DNA of 59,703 nucleotides from Pseudogymnoascus verrucosus (Eukaryota): NCBI GenBank assembly GCA_001662655.1, contig KV460264.1; one strand, 5' to 3'. Shown piece by piece: positions 46,564 to 59,703 of this stretch (position 1 is its first letter; each line of letters starts with the position of its first letter). The notes under the pieces were generated by a model. It saw only the letters and a program-made list of their open reading frames with translations, ran no database searches and was not told where the DNA came from. The position numbers and the translations under genes were made by a program.

Positions 46564-48694
46564 GATGAGCTCGGGTTTTTTTTCTGATGGCTGCGGGAGT
46601 GGCGGCCTCGACACTGGCCTGTCGACATCTACTACTCCAACCAGTCAAGCGACCTCAATTTTGATCCCCTTTGCTCGTTCTTTTTTCGCAATGGCCCTTC
46701 GGACTCTGTCGTCGATCGAGCCGGTGGTGTGGTTTTATACGATGTTCTGGTGCGTTCAAGTTAGGGCAAGGCGTTGAGCATGCATGGGAGACGATATTTT
46801 CTGCGACTGCGATGAACGACGAGAGTGTATGTTAAGTATGGCATGCGCGGGCAGGAGACAGGATCACATCTGGGGCGGATTTTCTATTTTGTAATTTTTT
46901 TCGTAGGGCAGCGAATTGTACCATCACAGGGCCTCCTTCCAACTAGATAGCTGGCCTCTCCAGGGTCTGTGACGGATACAAACTATCTACAATACCCATC
47001 ATCGCTGGCGACTATTTTAACTTGTGAGGACAGACGTGTAAGGCAGATGTGGAAGACAAGACGCCAAAGTGAAATGCGAATGTGTGCTGACTGCCCAGAC
47101 GGCAATCAATCGCTGCAGATAGACTTCAAGGCGACATGTCAGATCCAGATTAACTTTAGACGCAGAAGCAGTCAGCGACACGTGGTGTTTTCCCTACCAC
47201 GACCAGGACCCATTTAGGCATCTCGTCGCTCCGAGATTGGGGTCTAAAAATCCCATGGCCTGCAGGAAAATGGGTCACACTCCCTCTGCCAACAAACAAC
47301 CTCACTCATGTGCTGTATTCCGCGCATGCGAGCAAGCAAAGCAACGATTCCCATATCGCTGCGCAATCCAGATGGCATGGGAAACGTTCCATCGCGCCCA
47401 GAGCCACTGGATTACGCACGGCTCGACGGTTCGACATTCAACGGATCAAGTAGGTCGCCATGGCGATTGCGATGTAGAGGACTATTCCGGCGTGTCCACT
47501 GGGGGCCCGTGGTTTGCGCGTGTGGGGTGCAGAGCCCAATCAGCATTGTCTGGTGCCATCCATGCCCATCCACACCCACCCATCAAGGCGGCGTGGGAAT
47601 GTTTAGTGAGGGCTAGGGGAGAGTTAGTAGGTGCTAAGGGTAAGGGTGGCGGTGGGGGGATTGGGGATTGGGTGAGATTAGGACGTTACAGATAGTCAGT
47701 AATCTTCTGTATGACGTGGTTTCTCAGAATCACGATAGTAAACACAGAATCGACGGATGGGGTTATAACCTCTCGCTATGGTTTTATTTTTATAGAGAAG
47801 CTTCAAGATGTGGAACAGGTAAAGTAGTTGGTGAGACACGGGAAACAGATCTTCCCCCCATGAGGAGAGAAATCGTGGTGGATTTGTTCGCCTACAGTAG
47901 TATCCACAGTAGACCGCCTCAACCCCCCACCCCCAGAAACAAGCGAGGACAGAAACGGTAAACGGAGTGTTGTTCATCAACGACACCACCCGCATCCCCT
48001 TGCCGTAACGGGCCCCCTCTTATCAACGCAACGCATACGTCAATTGTATATGCCAGAGTGTATATAATTCAACCCGGCAACCTTTCAATAAACATCGTTA
48101 TTCCTACTGTAAACCCTAAGCAGCACGATTGATCGATCGATTGGCGGTTGCCACGCGCCCACCCCTGGAATTGTTTCTTGTTCGAGTCTCAGCCCCTCGA
48201 TCGACAAGACAGCCTCGCCCGACGCCACTATCGCTGCTTTGGGGCACAGACTACTGGGTGCATCATTGCGAAACACTTTCGAAGGGGGACAGTGGTGTCT
48301 TTTTAGATACTCCGTTGAACTGGTGTTTCTGGCTGTGTTTCCTGTCCAAACTTGCTTTTTAGAAGGGTACAAAACATTGCGACAAACAATCCGAGGGACA
48401 CTTGACGACCATACAACACGACGACAATCACGGTTCCAGGAGACAGACAAACAAGCCGAAACATTTGGAAACGATACTGTGAAGCTCTCTCTATACTATA
48501 TACTCCTCCTCTCGCCTCCGGCTGTCGTCTAGTCCATACTCGCCCCTCACGAAGTTGTCCTACAACCAAGTTCCCTTGCATCCACGCGACACCTATGGCC
48601 ACATCTCCCACACGGCCAATGTCTGTTTAGGAACGTTCACCACGCCTACCACCGATACAGGTTGAACCCTCATGCTTGACATACCGTCATAACA

Positions 48695-50032
48695 ATGTCC
48701 CTTGGTGTCGGCATCCAGTCCGTAGTCTTCTACGTCCTGTCCTGCAGCGCCTGCGCCAAAATCTCCCACCGCCACAAAGCCAAAGCCGAAGCGAAGCGCG
48801 AGCGCGCTGAGAAGCAGAAGCTGGAAACAGACCAGCCAGGCCTATACCACCACCCGTCACCCTTCAACACGAACCCCTACTGGGATGAGGAAATCACACT
48901 CGGTCCTGGCCCACCGAGTCGAAAGAACGGAAGCAAGAATACCAGTTCGAGAGCGCTGAATACCGCGGGGAATGCTAGCAGTATAGCCGCCAGCGTGGCG
49001 CCGAGTTCGCAGGCGCCGAGCAGCCCTACAATAGTCCCGGAGGATCAGCGATTGAGCGGGGATGACTGGAACCGCAAGCGGTACCAGCGCGAAGACGAGG
49101 AGCTCTGGGGCGTCGACACGATTAAAGCTGGACAACGGCGCGTGCGCGACGCTTTTGCGACAGCGCAGGTCTCTGTCGGCTCGAAGCTGCGCGCTATGGA
49201 GGAGCGATTAGGCAAATTCGGCACCGTGAAAGAGGAGGATACCCATCCGTACTACGTGTCTCGCAACCCCCCGGTCAACGACCTACATCCCCCCGTCGTG
49301 AGCAGCCATCCGTTCCAGAAGGGCGGGATGCGCTGGATGATGCAGCCGCCGCCGTCGGCGAGCGTGATGTCGGGGAAGCAGCATCCGTCTGCGAGTAACA
49401 TCTCGATTACTCGCAGTCGCAGCGGGAGTAGAGCGAGTACGCTCCCACCGAGCACGCCGAATCTGAATCGTCAGGTTACGGGGCGCGTGGTGGAGGAGAA
49501 GTTGCGCAGGGGGGAGACGCCGTCGGATGCGGAGATGAGGGTGTTGTCGAGGCATATTTCGGGCGCGAAGACGCTTAGCTCTGCGAAATCGCTTGAGCCG
49601 TTGCAGAGGGTTAGTAGGACGAGGAGTTACTCCTCGAGCGATGCGGAGGATGAGAGTGAAGCACCCAGCCCGAGTAGGGCGGGGAATGGGCTAAAAGCCG
49701 AAGAGAACAGGCAGGGGAAGCTGTCGCCGGTATTCTCGGCCGCGGCGCAGAGGAGGATGAGCCAGGATTCTATTGAGGATGTGCCTGTGGCTGGTGAGGG
49801 GGGTGTGGCACCAGCGACGTCGGGATCAAAGAAGGGGAAGGGGGAGAGGAGGAAGAAGGAACGCAGCCAGAGGGAGAGGCCGACCAGTCCGCAGAGCTCG
49901 CCTGAGCGGTTACCGCTTGAAAGCCTGGGGCAGAGGCAGGAAACGAGGGTGCAGAGCCCGCCGCCGGCGAAACTTAAGGGGGAGGTGGAGGAGTTGGAGT
50001 TGAAGAGCGAGGAGGCGGGCGTTGTGGCGTAG
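48695..50032 (+). CDS. Hypothetical protein (N-terminal hydrophobic segment plus CxxC; disordered C-terminus)
   Basis: 445-aa ORF with conserved-looking blocks YHHPSPFNTNPYWDEEI.LGPGPP, WNRKRYQREDEELWG, RNPPVNDLHPPVVS and WMMQPPPSA.VM.G. Confidence 0.8.
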   Translation: MSLGVGIQSVVFYVLSCSACAKISHRHKAKAEAKRERAEKQKLETDQPGLYHHPSPFNTNPYWDEEITLGPGPPSRKNGSKNTSSRALNTAGNASSIAASVAPSSQAPSSPTIVPEDQRLSGDDWNRKRYQREDEELWGVDTIKAGQRRVRDAFATAQVSVGSKLRAMEERLGKFGTVKEEDTHPYYVSRNPPVNDLHPPVVSSHPFQKGGMRWMMQPPPSASVMSGKQHPSASNISITRSRSGSRASTLPPSTPNLNRQVTGRVVEEKLRRGETPSDAEMRVLSRHISGAKTLSSAKSLEPLQRVSRTRSYSSSDAEDESEAPSPSRAGNGLKAEENRQGKLSPVFSAAAQRRMSQDSIEDVPVAGEGGVAPATSGSKKGKGERRKKERSQRERPTSPQSSPERLPLESLGQRQETRVQSPPPAKLKGEVEELELKSEEAGVVA

Positions 50033-51265
50033 AGCCTCGTTGATTGTCTGCATATATCAGAACCCAACGCCAGGCCGGGATATCTCGCGCCTATAGACAT
50101 ACACGAGGACAACTCGACTCCTACGACGCAACACGCCTATACTCCCTCACACCATGAGCTGGGTGATAATCAACAGGTTGTCTGCACACAACCTCGCCCT
50201 CTCCTCCCTCGCTCCAGCATAGGAAACAAAAGCTTGCTGCAACTCAACACCTTCTCAAGAAGCTGACACAACAATACGCACAAGCATTCTCATCGGCCGG
50301 AACCATCCACCGCGCCACCACACACAACTATACTACAATATTTTTTTTACTACACCACCACCTTAACCATCCCATCCACCACCACTACCGGATTGGGATT
50401 TTCTTGTACATCGTTTTCAAACACCTTCATTCACCGTTCACTCAAAAAACGGCTACCACAACCTTCTTTCAAGCTACTACTACTACTCGTTTTAAACCAT
50501 TCATGGACATACATTCTCTTCGGCGTCCACCAACCCAACCCACTGCTGTGGTTGGTAGCACCGTGCCTGTTTTCGTCGTACAAAAACCTTTTTTTAACTC
50601 ATTGTTTTTCTTTTTTTTAGTTTGAAGGGGGGAGATGAGCGCTGGCGTTTCGTGTGTTGCATTTGGGAATGGTGTGTTTTGGGAATTGGGTTTGGGATTT
50701 TTTTCTTTGAAGGGGAAGTGTTGCATGAGAGGGGAGGAGAGAAGGGGGGCGTTCGAAGAGGGTATGCGAGCGGAGGAGATAGAATGGATAGACGGACGGA
50801 TAGATAAAGATGAGAGATATTATTCCTATGCGTTTGCGTGTTGTTGTGTGCGGTTGGAAGGGATGCATTCTAATCTGGCTGATGCTTCTGTGCCCGATGG
50901 TTTTAATAAAGATAAAATCCCAAGCCGTGAACGGATATAATCCGCCAACGTCATATAACCAAACAAACAAAGAAACATAATAAACCAGCAACCCCCTCAA
51001 TAAAAATCCCCCAAAAAAGAATTAAAAAATCCGCGTCATCCATTCCCCCCAATTTATTTTCCCTCCCATACCACCCAACGGCCTCAACTCGGACATACCC
51101 CCCAATTCCCCGACCCCGTCCTATCACCGAGTCCACCGTCTTCACCACCACCTACCAAAAAAAAAACGCGGCTGCACCCCCCACTAGCGCGCGGGCAGAA
51201 CCGCAGCCTTACCGCTCATCGATGCTAAAAGGGGTAGGCGGTGAGCATATTACCCACTATACCGA

Positions 51266-51295
51266 CCAATGAGAGGAGGGGTAATTGATGCTGAC
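51266..51295 (+). promoter_or_regulatory. Putative CCAAT-binding complex/HapX bipartite site upstream of CCC1
   Basis: CCAAT (51266-51270) - N12 - AAT (51283-51285) fits CSAAT-N12-RWT and is followed by TGATGCTGAC. It lies about 460 bp upstream of the ATG. Confidence 0.65.
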
Positions 51296-51727
51296 CACCG
51301 CGATGGGGGGGAGTGGATGGATTGGGGATGCCGGGAGCTTTTGGATGGGGGAGGGAGGGAAGGGGGGATGGGGGGTATAAAGGGACTTTCCTCCCCGGGG
51401 TGAGGAGGGGAGATAGTTTGGTATTGTTGGTTTTGTTTTGAATTAAGACGTTTACGTTGACGAGACTGAGGAACCTATAAATACGAATGTTGGTGATGTG
51501 AGAACGGGAAGAGACGACGTCAATAAGGAAACAACAACCTATAAACATAACAACCTATAAACATAACACCTCGACCAAACCAAACCAACGACCTAGAATA
51601 TATCACTACAGCTACTACTACTCTACCATCACAGCTCAGTCAGAGCAGGTGCCAGCTCAGATCTCCAGGATCGAGCATCCTACGCCTTTCTTTCACCAGC
51701 GAGCTCACCACACAAAGAGAAAGCAAG

Positions 51728-52778
51728 ATGTCCCTCGTCTTTCTCAAGAACCTATTTTTCCGCTCCTCCTCCTCCGCCTCTTCACCACAGTCGATACACT
51801 CCCGGACATCGACGTCGAATAAAGCACAGTGCGCCCACGCACAACAAACAGAGCACTCCCCCCTCCTCCCCACGTCCTCCCCGCCATCACCACCAACATC
51901 CACCTACTCCACCACCAGCACCGACCTCGAAGCCCTCCGCCCCTCCTCGCCAACACCATCAAGCAACTCCAGCTTCACATTCCCGCGCATCGACGCGAGG
52001 TTAATAAGCGATGCTACCATCGGGCTGAGCGATGGTCTCACGGTGCCATTCGCGTTGACGGCGGGGTTGAGCGCGTTAGGGGATACGAGGGTTGTTATTT
52101 ACGGGGGACTGGCGGAGTTGGTTGCGGGTGCTATAAGTATGGGGCTTGGTGGGTGGTTGGGGGCGAAGAGTGAGCTGTGAGTTATTCTCCTATCTCCGTG
52201 GTGTTTGTTGGATTGAAGTGGAGGAGGGAGGTGGTGGTGATGGGGTGATGAGGTGTATGGACAGAGCAATGGCTGACTTGATATCCAACAGTGCGAGTTA
52301 CAAAGCAACAGAAGCCGAAACAGCAGCCCGCATCGCCGCCGCCCCCTCAACCCTGCACGACGAACTAACCGCCCTCTTCGAACCCTACTCCATCCCCCCC
52401 AGCACCCTCGCCCCCCTAACAACCCACCTCCTCACTTCCCCCTCCCTCCTCCCCTTCCTCATGCGAATCGAACACTGTCTCCCCGAACCGCACCCCCACC
52501 GCGCCTTGGCGTCCGCAATCACGATCGCATCAGCGTATTTCTTGGGGGGGTTGCTGCCGCTGGTGCCGTATTTCTTTGTGGAGGAGGTGGAGAGGGGGTT
52601 GTGGGTTAGTGTGGGGGTTATGGCGGTTGCGCTTTGGGTGTTTGGGTGGGTGAAGACGGGGGTTTGTGGGGGGGGGAGGTGGGAGAGGGTGAAAGGGGGG
52701 GGAGAGATGGTGGTGGTGGGGGGGGTGGCGGCGGGGGCGGCGATGGGGTTGGTTAGGGCTTTTGGGGCGGGGGAGTAG
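51728..52778 (+). CDS. CCC1: Vacuolar iron/manganese transporter, VIT1/CCC1 family (exons 51728-52176, 52292-52778)
   Basis: ISDATIGLSDGLTVPFALTAGLS...GGLAELVAGAISMGLGGWLGAKSE and SAITIASAYFLGGLLPLVPYF...LWVFGWVK. Canonical intron 52177-52291. Confidence 0.95.
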
Positions 52779-53879
52779 AGAGGGAGGGGAGTGTGTGAGA
52801 GGTGTTGAAGGAAGGATTGAAGACTGAGAGGTGTGGGAATGAGGATGATGAGAGAGGGAGAAGGACACGTGGGAAATGAGAAATGACAGAAGACTGAAGG
52901 GAAACAAAAGGAACGGAACGGAACGGGGACTGCAGCGAAACAGAAGGAAAGCGAAGGAAGGAAGAAAAACGAGAGAAGGGAAGATTCGACGTGATGATTG
53001 ATGAAAGACATGAATAGCCGCTGGCGTGTATATATAATTTCAGCAGCGGCTCGGCGTTAAACAGGTGCAGCATTCCTACCGCATTTGACGGATGGACAGA
53101 TGGAAGGGAAAGACATGATTTGTGTACAATAGAAAAGATAAATTGACTCTTCTTCAGCATGCTGGTATCCTCTTTGTCATACAGTGCTTGTCATACACTA
53201 CTGCGTGGGCATCCGAAGTGAAGAACTTTGAAGGGGGAAGAATTGAAATCCCATGAATAAAATTCCCATGAAAATCAAATACGAAAAAAGAATAGCAAAC
53301 AAAACAAATAAGAAAAGAGAGAGAGTAACACCCGTCTCAACTAAACCTACCTACCTCCCGTAACCACACAACAGCACAACGTGACGCAATCACTGACTGA
53401 GTGAGTTGTCCACGTATCCATCCGTTAGTCAGTCGTTGACAGACAAGACAGACACTCAGCATTACCATCATTGTCCCCGCAGTAAAGTAAAGGTGAGATG
53501 ACTCCGTATCTCGTCCCTCCTCTGACTTACCTGAAACTCTGTAATATGATATCCTACCTACATACAGTACCATCAGTCAGCACAAACAACTGATACAGTG
53601 AGTGAGTGTACGAAATGCAGGATATAGAGCGCGTGACCTGTGTGTGTGAGCACGGGAGCACAGCTGTTTGTCTGTCTGGTCTGTCGGGGTGTTTGTCTCT
53701 CGGCTGCCTATCATCCGGTTGTGGTTGTCACCTGTCACCATCCACCCGTCGTCCATTCTTCGGCCCAGAGCGAGGCGAGGCGAGACGAGGTCAGTCCGTC
53801 CCACTGTCTCTCAATCTATCTGCCATCCCATCTCATCTCATCTCCTCTTCTCCTCATCTCCTCACCTCCCCACCCCATC

Positions 53880-56400
53880 AAACTCCTCCCTCCTAGCACA
53901 GACAGCACAGACAGCACAGGGTAGTATCAGCCATCAGCCATCAGCCATCAATCGGCACTGCTCCACCCCCCTACCCGGCACCGCGACCTAGACCCAACAT
54001 CCCCGGGCGGAACATCATGCCGCCGAAATGAGAGGTCTCAGATAGGGCGAATACCGAGAGTCTGGGCGGGTCTGGGCGCGGGATGGGGGAGATGAGGTGA
54101 AGGTGTGTTTGCTACTGTGTGTGCTTTTGGTCTGGAGTGAAGGGAGGTATGACGGTGAGTGAGTGAGGTGAGTGAGTGATGGATGGGGGTGATGAGTGGG
54201 TGATGTGAGTGAGTGATTGAGTGAGTGATGGATGGGTTGTGTGATGGCTAGATTGGATTTGTCTGCGGTAGGACGGCAGACGGCAGACGGCAGACGGACG
54301 GACGGGTATTGGACTTAGTGGTGGCGGGGAGGCTGAGTCTTGTCTTTCGCGCGCGCAGCGTCGTTGTACAGAGAGCCTGTCGTGATCAGGATGGATGGAT
54401 GGATGGGTGTGTTGTTTGCCACCTGGTTGTCATGCGTGCAGTTCGTATTGATTGTCTCTTTCCATCTCTACTTATAGATTTGAATTTATCGCGATTTGAT
54501 CGATATTAAGTATACCACCATCGTAGTTGTTAAATCCCATACACACATACCCAGTATAGTAGAGCACGGGGCACAGTAAGCAAGCAAGTAGTTGTCGTAT
54601 ACAACCTAGCAGGACATACCATCCATTCAGACAGGACAGGAGAGACAGGACAAGTTAAGCAAAGATCCTCACCCGCCCACCCCGAGATGGGCATAACCTT
54701 CCCTCCCGCCGATACGAGGCACCACATGTCCAGTCCAGTCCAGTCCAGTCCACACAACCCATCACCATCACCATCATCACGCCCCGTCGGTGAGCGCGTG
54801 TGGTGTGGACTGAGCTCTCCCCAGTCCAGTGGCTGTTTTCCTAAAAATAGACACACACCCATTCCATTTGCCGTTCCGCAGTTCGTTAAAAATACGCCGA
54901 GAGATTTGATGGGTAGATGAGATGCGCGCTAGGCTGGGTTGGGGGTTAGGGCGGGAGGAGGAGATGATGCGGCGCAGCAGGCAGGTACAGTTGGGTAGGG
55001 AGGGAGGTTAGGGAGAGGAGAGGCACAGATGATGGAAAATATTTTTCGGAGGGTTATTTTTGGGTGATGGGTGGTGATGGAGTGGGGATTGTATTTACCT
55101 GGTTTTTGCCATATACGGTACTCTATTCTACAACACTATACAGCAGTAAAATGGGGGAAATCAGTAATCAGCAGTAATTACAGTAGTCGTGCTTGACGAC
55201 ACACCCGTTAGACGGAGCATACACCCACCCACAGGGCACCGGCATAACTCTCCCCCGCGGCCCTCCGCGGCCCTCCGCGGCCCTCCGCCCGCCGTTACTG
55301 GTGCTGCTGGCTGCATGATGCGATGCGTGTTTGCGCGTGTGTTTACGATGGTTTCACATCTCAGGGTCCTTGGTAACTGTCCGGTCAGTGTTAGGGTCGG
55401 TTGGTCGCGAGATGTGGCCCTGTGCCTTGGGGTTAGCGAGGTACAACTGTATGAATGAAGTACGGCTAAGGCTGTTGGGGTTTGTTTACTTGCTGTTGAT
55501 CGCAGTGTGAAAAATGGGGGACTGACGTTTAGATCGTCGGTGATGGGTTGGTGATCTGCTGTTGGCTTGGCTGCTTGGAGATGGGGAGGTGGAGGGTGGG
55601 TGATGGAAGGGGAGGCGGCGGTTACTGGATGTGGATGTGGATGTGGGCGGTGGTAGTGGGTGCGTGGTGGAGTTTATGGGGGAAGGGGGTGAGGGGAGAG
55701 GGGAGGGAGGAGTGCACATCACGCAGACTACAAACAAACACCATACACACGATGATGCACGCACAGCATACAAGAGTACACACCACACAACACCACACCA
55801 CGATACATACAACCAACTGATACAGCACTGGGGCTTAGAGGGAGCAAATAAGGCAATAAGGGACTTAATAATAGTAGGGTACGCTAACTGCTCTAACTGC
55901 TCTAACTGCTCTAACTCCCAGATTGATCGGCTTGGCGGCTTTATTATCTAACACGCCGAGCCAATAGGAGGAGCCGAAGGGGGGTGGGAGAAGGGACTGG
56001 GAGACGGGGGAATACGAGGGTGAGGGTGAGGTGTGTGTCGTCTACTTGGCTGTTATAGGGAGTCGCAGTGGTTGGGTACATGCAGTAAGAAGCCATTACA
56101 GTACCCTTCACACACCAAATGCAATACGATCGCGTGTACTGTTGGAAGTACCCTTATCCCCTGGTCGACCCCTAAAAGCGGTTTAGTCCTGGGGGTCGAT
56201 CGTGTGGATGGTGCCTGGCTACGAACGCGCTAACTCGACGCCACTAGTGTATACTAGTATCATGCAAACTACTGCAATTGGTCCCGTTTTGAGCAGATCT
56301 TGCCTGATGGGGAGTGAGCTTGCCCTATTTTGACTCTTTTGGTGCTCGATTGGGTAGTTTGGTAGGGTTAGTACGGTTAGTACGGTTAGTATGGTTAGTA
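53880..56400. repeat. Microsatellite/short tandem repeat-rich intergenic region
   Basis: (CAGCCAT)n ~53928, (GAGT)n ~54155-54228, (CAGACGG)n ~54277, (CCAGT)n ~54730, (CCGCGGCCCT)n ~55255, (GATGTG)n ~55628, (CTAACTGCT)n ~55884, (GTACGGTTA)n ~56371. Confidence 0.8.
54841..54850. promoter_or_regulatory. Rlm1/MEF2-type MADS-box site CTA(W)4TAG
   Basis: Exact CTAAAAATAG about 2.3 kb upstream of the CRH gene. Function is inferred only. Confidence 0.4.
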
Positions 56401-57172
56401 CTTACTTACTAAGGGCCAGAGAGACCAAAGACACAATAAAGAGCCACTTAATTCGCATGATCACTCCCACGTATTGGCTACCAGAGGGCTGTGCTATGCT
56501 GTGCTATCTTCGTTGCTTCGTCTACTTCGTCCCCTTCTGTGTTTATGTGTGTTTACTAAGACGCTGCTGTACTCCATTCTACACACTACACCACTACCAC
56601 AGTTACTACTACAGCCACTACTAACACCCCCCTGTCCTCTCTTTGTACTCCCCTCCCTTACTCTCCTCTGCTCCTCTACCCTTTATGCTCCCCAACTCCA
56701 CTGGGAATTGTCCTACAATTAATGTACCATCTACCTCATTTTCATATGCAAATCATACCCTACCCCCCAGTACCACCTCGTACCCATCCCACCCCCTACC
56801 ACCCCTACCACCCCCCCTGTCCCGGTACCTCGTGTAGGTTTCTCGAAACACCCACACCCACCCCACCCACCCCTTCAGTCACGCCGATTTCATTTAAAGA
56901 TCTGCTGTCTCGCTCTACCTCCCAGCTCCTCTCTCCTCTCCTCCTCCCTTTCATCTCCATACCACGAAACAAATCCATCAAAGCGTTGCATTTCCCTTGC
57001 ATCGTCTCTTCTTCTCTCATCTTTTCTGTTTATCAGATTCACCACACTCGTTTTACACGTTTTTAACTGCTCGAAGGAACTACCGTCGTTTTTAAAACCA
57101 CCAACTTCCCCTTTTTAAACCAGAATCTATTTCGACCTTTGTACAACTTTATTACATTAATATCAACTCAAC

Positions 57173-58395
57173 ATGCGCTCCAACTTCTTCTCCGCTGCGG
57201 CTCTCCTTGCCGTGGCCCAGCTCGTCGCTGCCCAGACCTCCACCGAGTGCCAGCCTCTCGAGAAGAGTACGTTCACAACCCCCCCCGAGCTGACGCGTCC
57301 CGGCTTGACTAACATTTCCCCCCTCCAGAGTGCCCCGATGACCTCGCCCTCGGCACCACCAAGTCCATCGACTTCACCGCCGGCGAGTCCAGCGACTTCT
57401 TCGCCCTCCCCGGCACGACCCTGAAGCACACCGCCGATGGTGTCGAGTTCGACATCACCAACGAGAAGCAGGCCCCCACCATGGAGTCGAACTGGTACTT
57501 CTTCTTCGGCAGCGTCGAGGTTGTCATGAAGGCCTCCGACGGCCGCGGCATCGTGTCCTCGTTCGTCCTCGAGTCCGACGATCTCGATGAGGTCGACTGG
57601 GAGTGGATCGGCTCCGACACCACACAGGTGCAGTCCAACTACTTCGGCAAGGGCGACGACAGCACCTTCGACCGCGGAGGATTCCACGGCGTCTCCAACC
57701 CCCAGGCTGAGTTCCACACCTACCGCCTCGACTGGACCGCCGAGAAGCTCGTCTGGTCCATTGATGGCGCCGCCGTCCGCACTCTCCTGTACGCTGATGC
57801 CAAGGCCGGAACCCGCTACCCCCAGACTCCAATGAAGGTCAAGATCGGCTCGTGGGTCGCTGGATCCTCCACCGCGCCTAAGGGAACCGTCGAGTGGGCT
57901 GGTGGCCTCGCTGTGTGGACCAACAACCCTACCTACAAGATGGTCGTCAAGAGCGTCAAGGTCGTCGATGCCAACACGGGCGCTAAGTCGTACTCCTACG
58001 GCGACATGACCGGTAGCTGGCAGAGCATCAAGATCGACAACGAGTCCACCGGAAACGCTGGCTCCGGATCCGAGTCCTCCACCAAGGTCTCCTCCACTGT
58101 CGCACCTACCTCTACCAAGGCTCACTCTTCCACCGCTACTAAGGTCTCCAGCACCGAGACTAAGGAGTCTTCCACCTCTACCAAGGAGTCGAGCAGCTCC
58201 ATGACCACCGTTGTCTCCAGCTCGTCCACCGGTGCACCCAACGCTACCGCTACTGGTGGCTCGTCTTCCACTGATGGCTCCTCCGACCCTACCTCCACTG
58301 GCCCATCGACCCCAGTTAACTCCACTGGTGCCGGTGCCAAGCTCGGCGCCAACTTGGCGATGGTCGGTGCTGTTGTTGCTTTCTTCGCTTTATAA
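57173..58395 (+). CDS. CRH1: GH16 CRH-family GPI-anchored chitin-glucan transglycosylase (exons 57173-57266, 57329-58395)
   Basis: Signal peptide, QTSTECQPLEKKCP, GIVSSFVLESDDLDEVDWEW (ExDxE), VQSNYFGKG, YPQTPM..GSW, EWAGG, a Ser/Thr-rich stalk and a hydrophobic GPI signal. Confidence 0.95.
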
Positions 58396-59703
58396 GCGGG
58401 GATTGTGTGATGGGATGGTTTGCATGCATGGAAGGATGAATTGGATGGGATGAGGAAGGGAGATATGAATGGCTTGTGGGGAGGATGTGATTTTTTGTTA
58501 TTTAGACAAGGAGAGCAGCGGGGTGTTGTTGTAGATGAAAGATATATTTTTGTTTTGATGTTGCATTTTGAGCTCGCTGCTTGTTTTTATTGATAATATA
58601 AGTATTGAAATGGGGGTTTGACACAACATATGCGTCTCTTAATCATTTTCCCTTTGTGCCTGGTTTGCTCGCTGGGTGGTTTGTTCTGTTGCTGCTTTTT
58701 TTTTACTTGTGAATGGGGGGGGTATGCATAGTTGGGAGGGCTTAATTGGATTGGCATCGCATAGCATCGCATTACTTGCTATACGCCTTTTTTTTATACA
58801 TCTTTCTTCGTTTCTACATCTGCTTGCTGGCTTTGGCTTGGTCGGATTGCTTACATAGCTGGGGGTGGGGTTGACGCGCGGCTCCTACGCTACACACTTA
58901 TCTGATGAGAACTACCATGGTTCTGATCTGGGTGTAACTGTACTTGAGCTGCCGTGGGCCAACCCTCCCCCCTTAGACTAGAGAAGAAAAAAATGAATCC
59001 CAATCCCTTCCGTCTATTGATGAAGTGATTGCAAGCTACCTGTGATTGGCGAGAGGGGAAATGATGGCATTGCTGGGTCTACCAAGTGCTAATTAGTTGG
59101 TAGTTAACGGACTGGCGGTTCAGCATGGCTCAGTCTCTGGGGGGTTAGTGGGAAATGGAATTGGATGGGATGAATGAGGATGTGGAGTTGGATTGTATGC
59201 TAATGTGCAATGTGATGATGTTGATGTTCCTTGTCTCGCTCCTGATGCTGGGAATTGTCATACCCCTCTCCTCTCTGTCTGTCTCATATCTCAACCCACC
59301 CCCCCCCCCTTTTCGAAAACCCCTCCATCTCGAGTATCCCATGCCACCCAGACGCAGCAGCGCCACCGACGTACTCGCGGGGTTGAGTAATCAGACCATA
59401 TAATTCATTGACGCGGTGGATAGCCATCCGCGCGACTACCTCAGCTTAACTTACACCTACATCCATCCCACTTCAAATCCCCATCCCCCATCACCCCTAG
59501 CAGCGGTATATATACTCCTCCAAGCGAAGAAACACCACATACGACCATAGACTCAAGAGAACTGGGCATCCCGTCCGCTCTGCCATACATAACCTTGAGA
59601 TCGGTGGATTAGTAGTTGGGTGGGTGACCACCAGCGAATACCCACTGTTGTATGTCTCCTTTCCTTTTTTTTTGACTTTTTTTTGGAGATGGGGAGACTG
59701 TAC

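Noticed and set aside
46800..48690. Several 80-150-aa ORFs between the two hypothetical genes
   Set aside because: No motifs, no codon bias and mostly non-ATG starts. Treated as intergenic or UTR.
56364..56400. Telomere-like GGTTAG repeats
   Set aside because: The unit is the 9-mer GTACGGTTA x3, not a (TTAGGG)n array.
1..59703. Transposons, Starship captain, or secondary-metabolite backbone genes
   Set aside because: No transposase, reverse transcriptase, tyrosine recombinase, LTR/TIR pair, PKS or NRPS was recognisable.

Overview
Eukaryotic, intron-rich DNA from a filamentous ascomycete (Pezizomycotina). The evidence is short GT-AG introns with CTRAC/CTAAT branch sites and fungal-type housekeeping genes; the species cannot be fixed from the sequence alone. 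I reconstruct about 25 protein-coding genes. Conserved genes include a divergent 14-3-3-like protein (cut by the left edge), RPL1, NOP4, MED19/ROX3, SAS10/UTP3, TSC10, CKB1, RAD10/ERCC1, mitochondrial rhomboid PCP1, LSM8, CCC1 and a GH16 CRH transglycosylase. Enzyme-family genes include a DOPA 4,5-dioxygenase, a JmjC protein, a Baeyer-Villiger monooxygenase, a PhoD-like phosphatase and a nucleoside hydrolase. There are three accessory-looking islands (about 2-6.4 kb, 9.1-12.6 kb and 21.2-26.4 kb) and one 79-N assembly gap. The most striking signals lie in the 3.4-5.6 kb island. One is an intronless secreted protein whose ~99-aa mature part aligns by eye with the bacterial WXG100/ESAT-6/CFP-10 type VII secretion substrate family. 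Directly downstream on the same strand is a candidate ~250-nt RNA polymerase III unit (TATA, A-box, B-box, T-run terminator) with a tRNA-like head and three hairpins that I cannot assign to a known RNA. All family assignments come from motif recognition by eye, not database searches.
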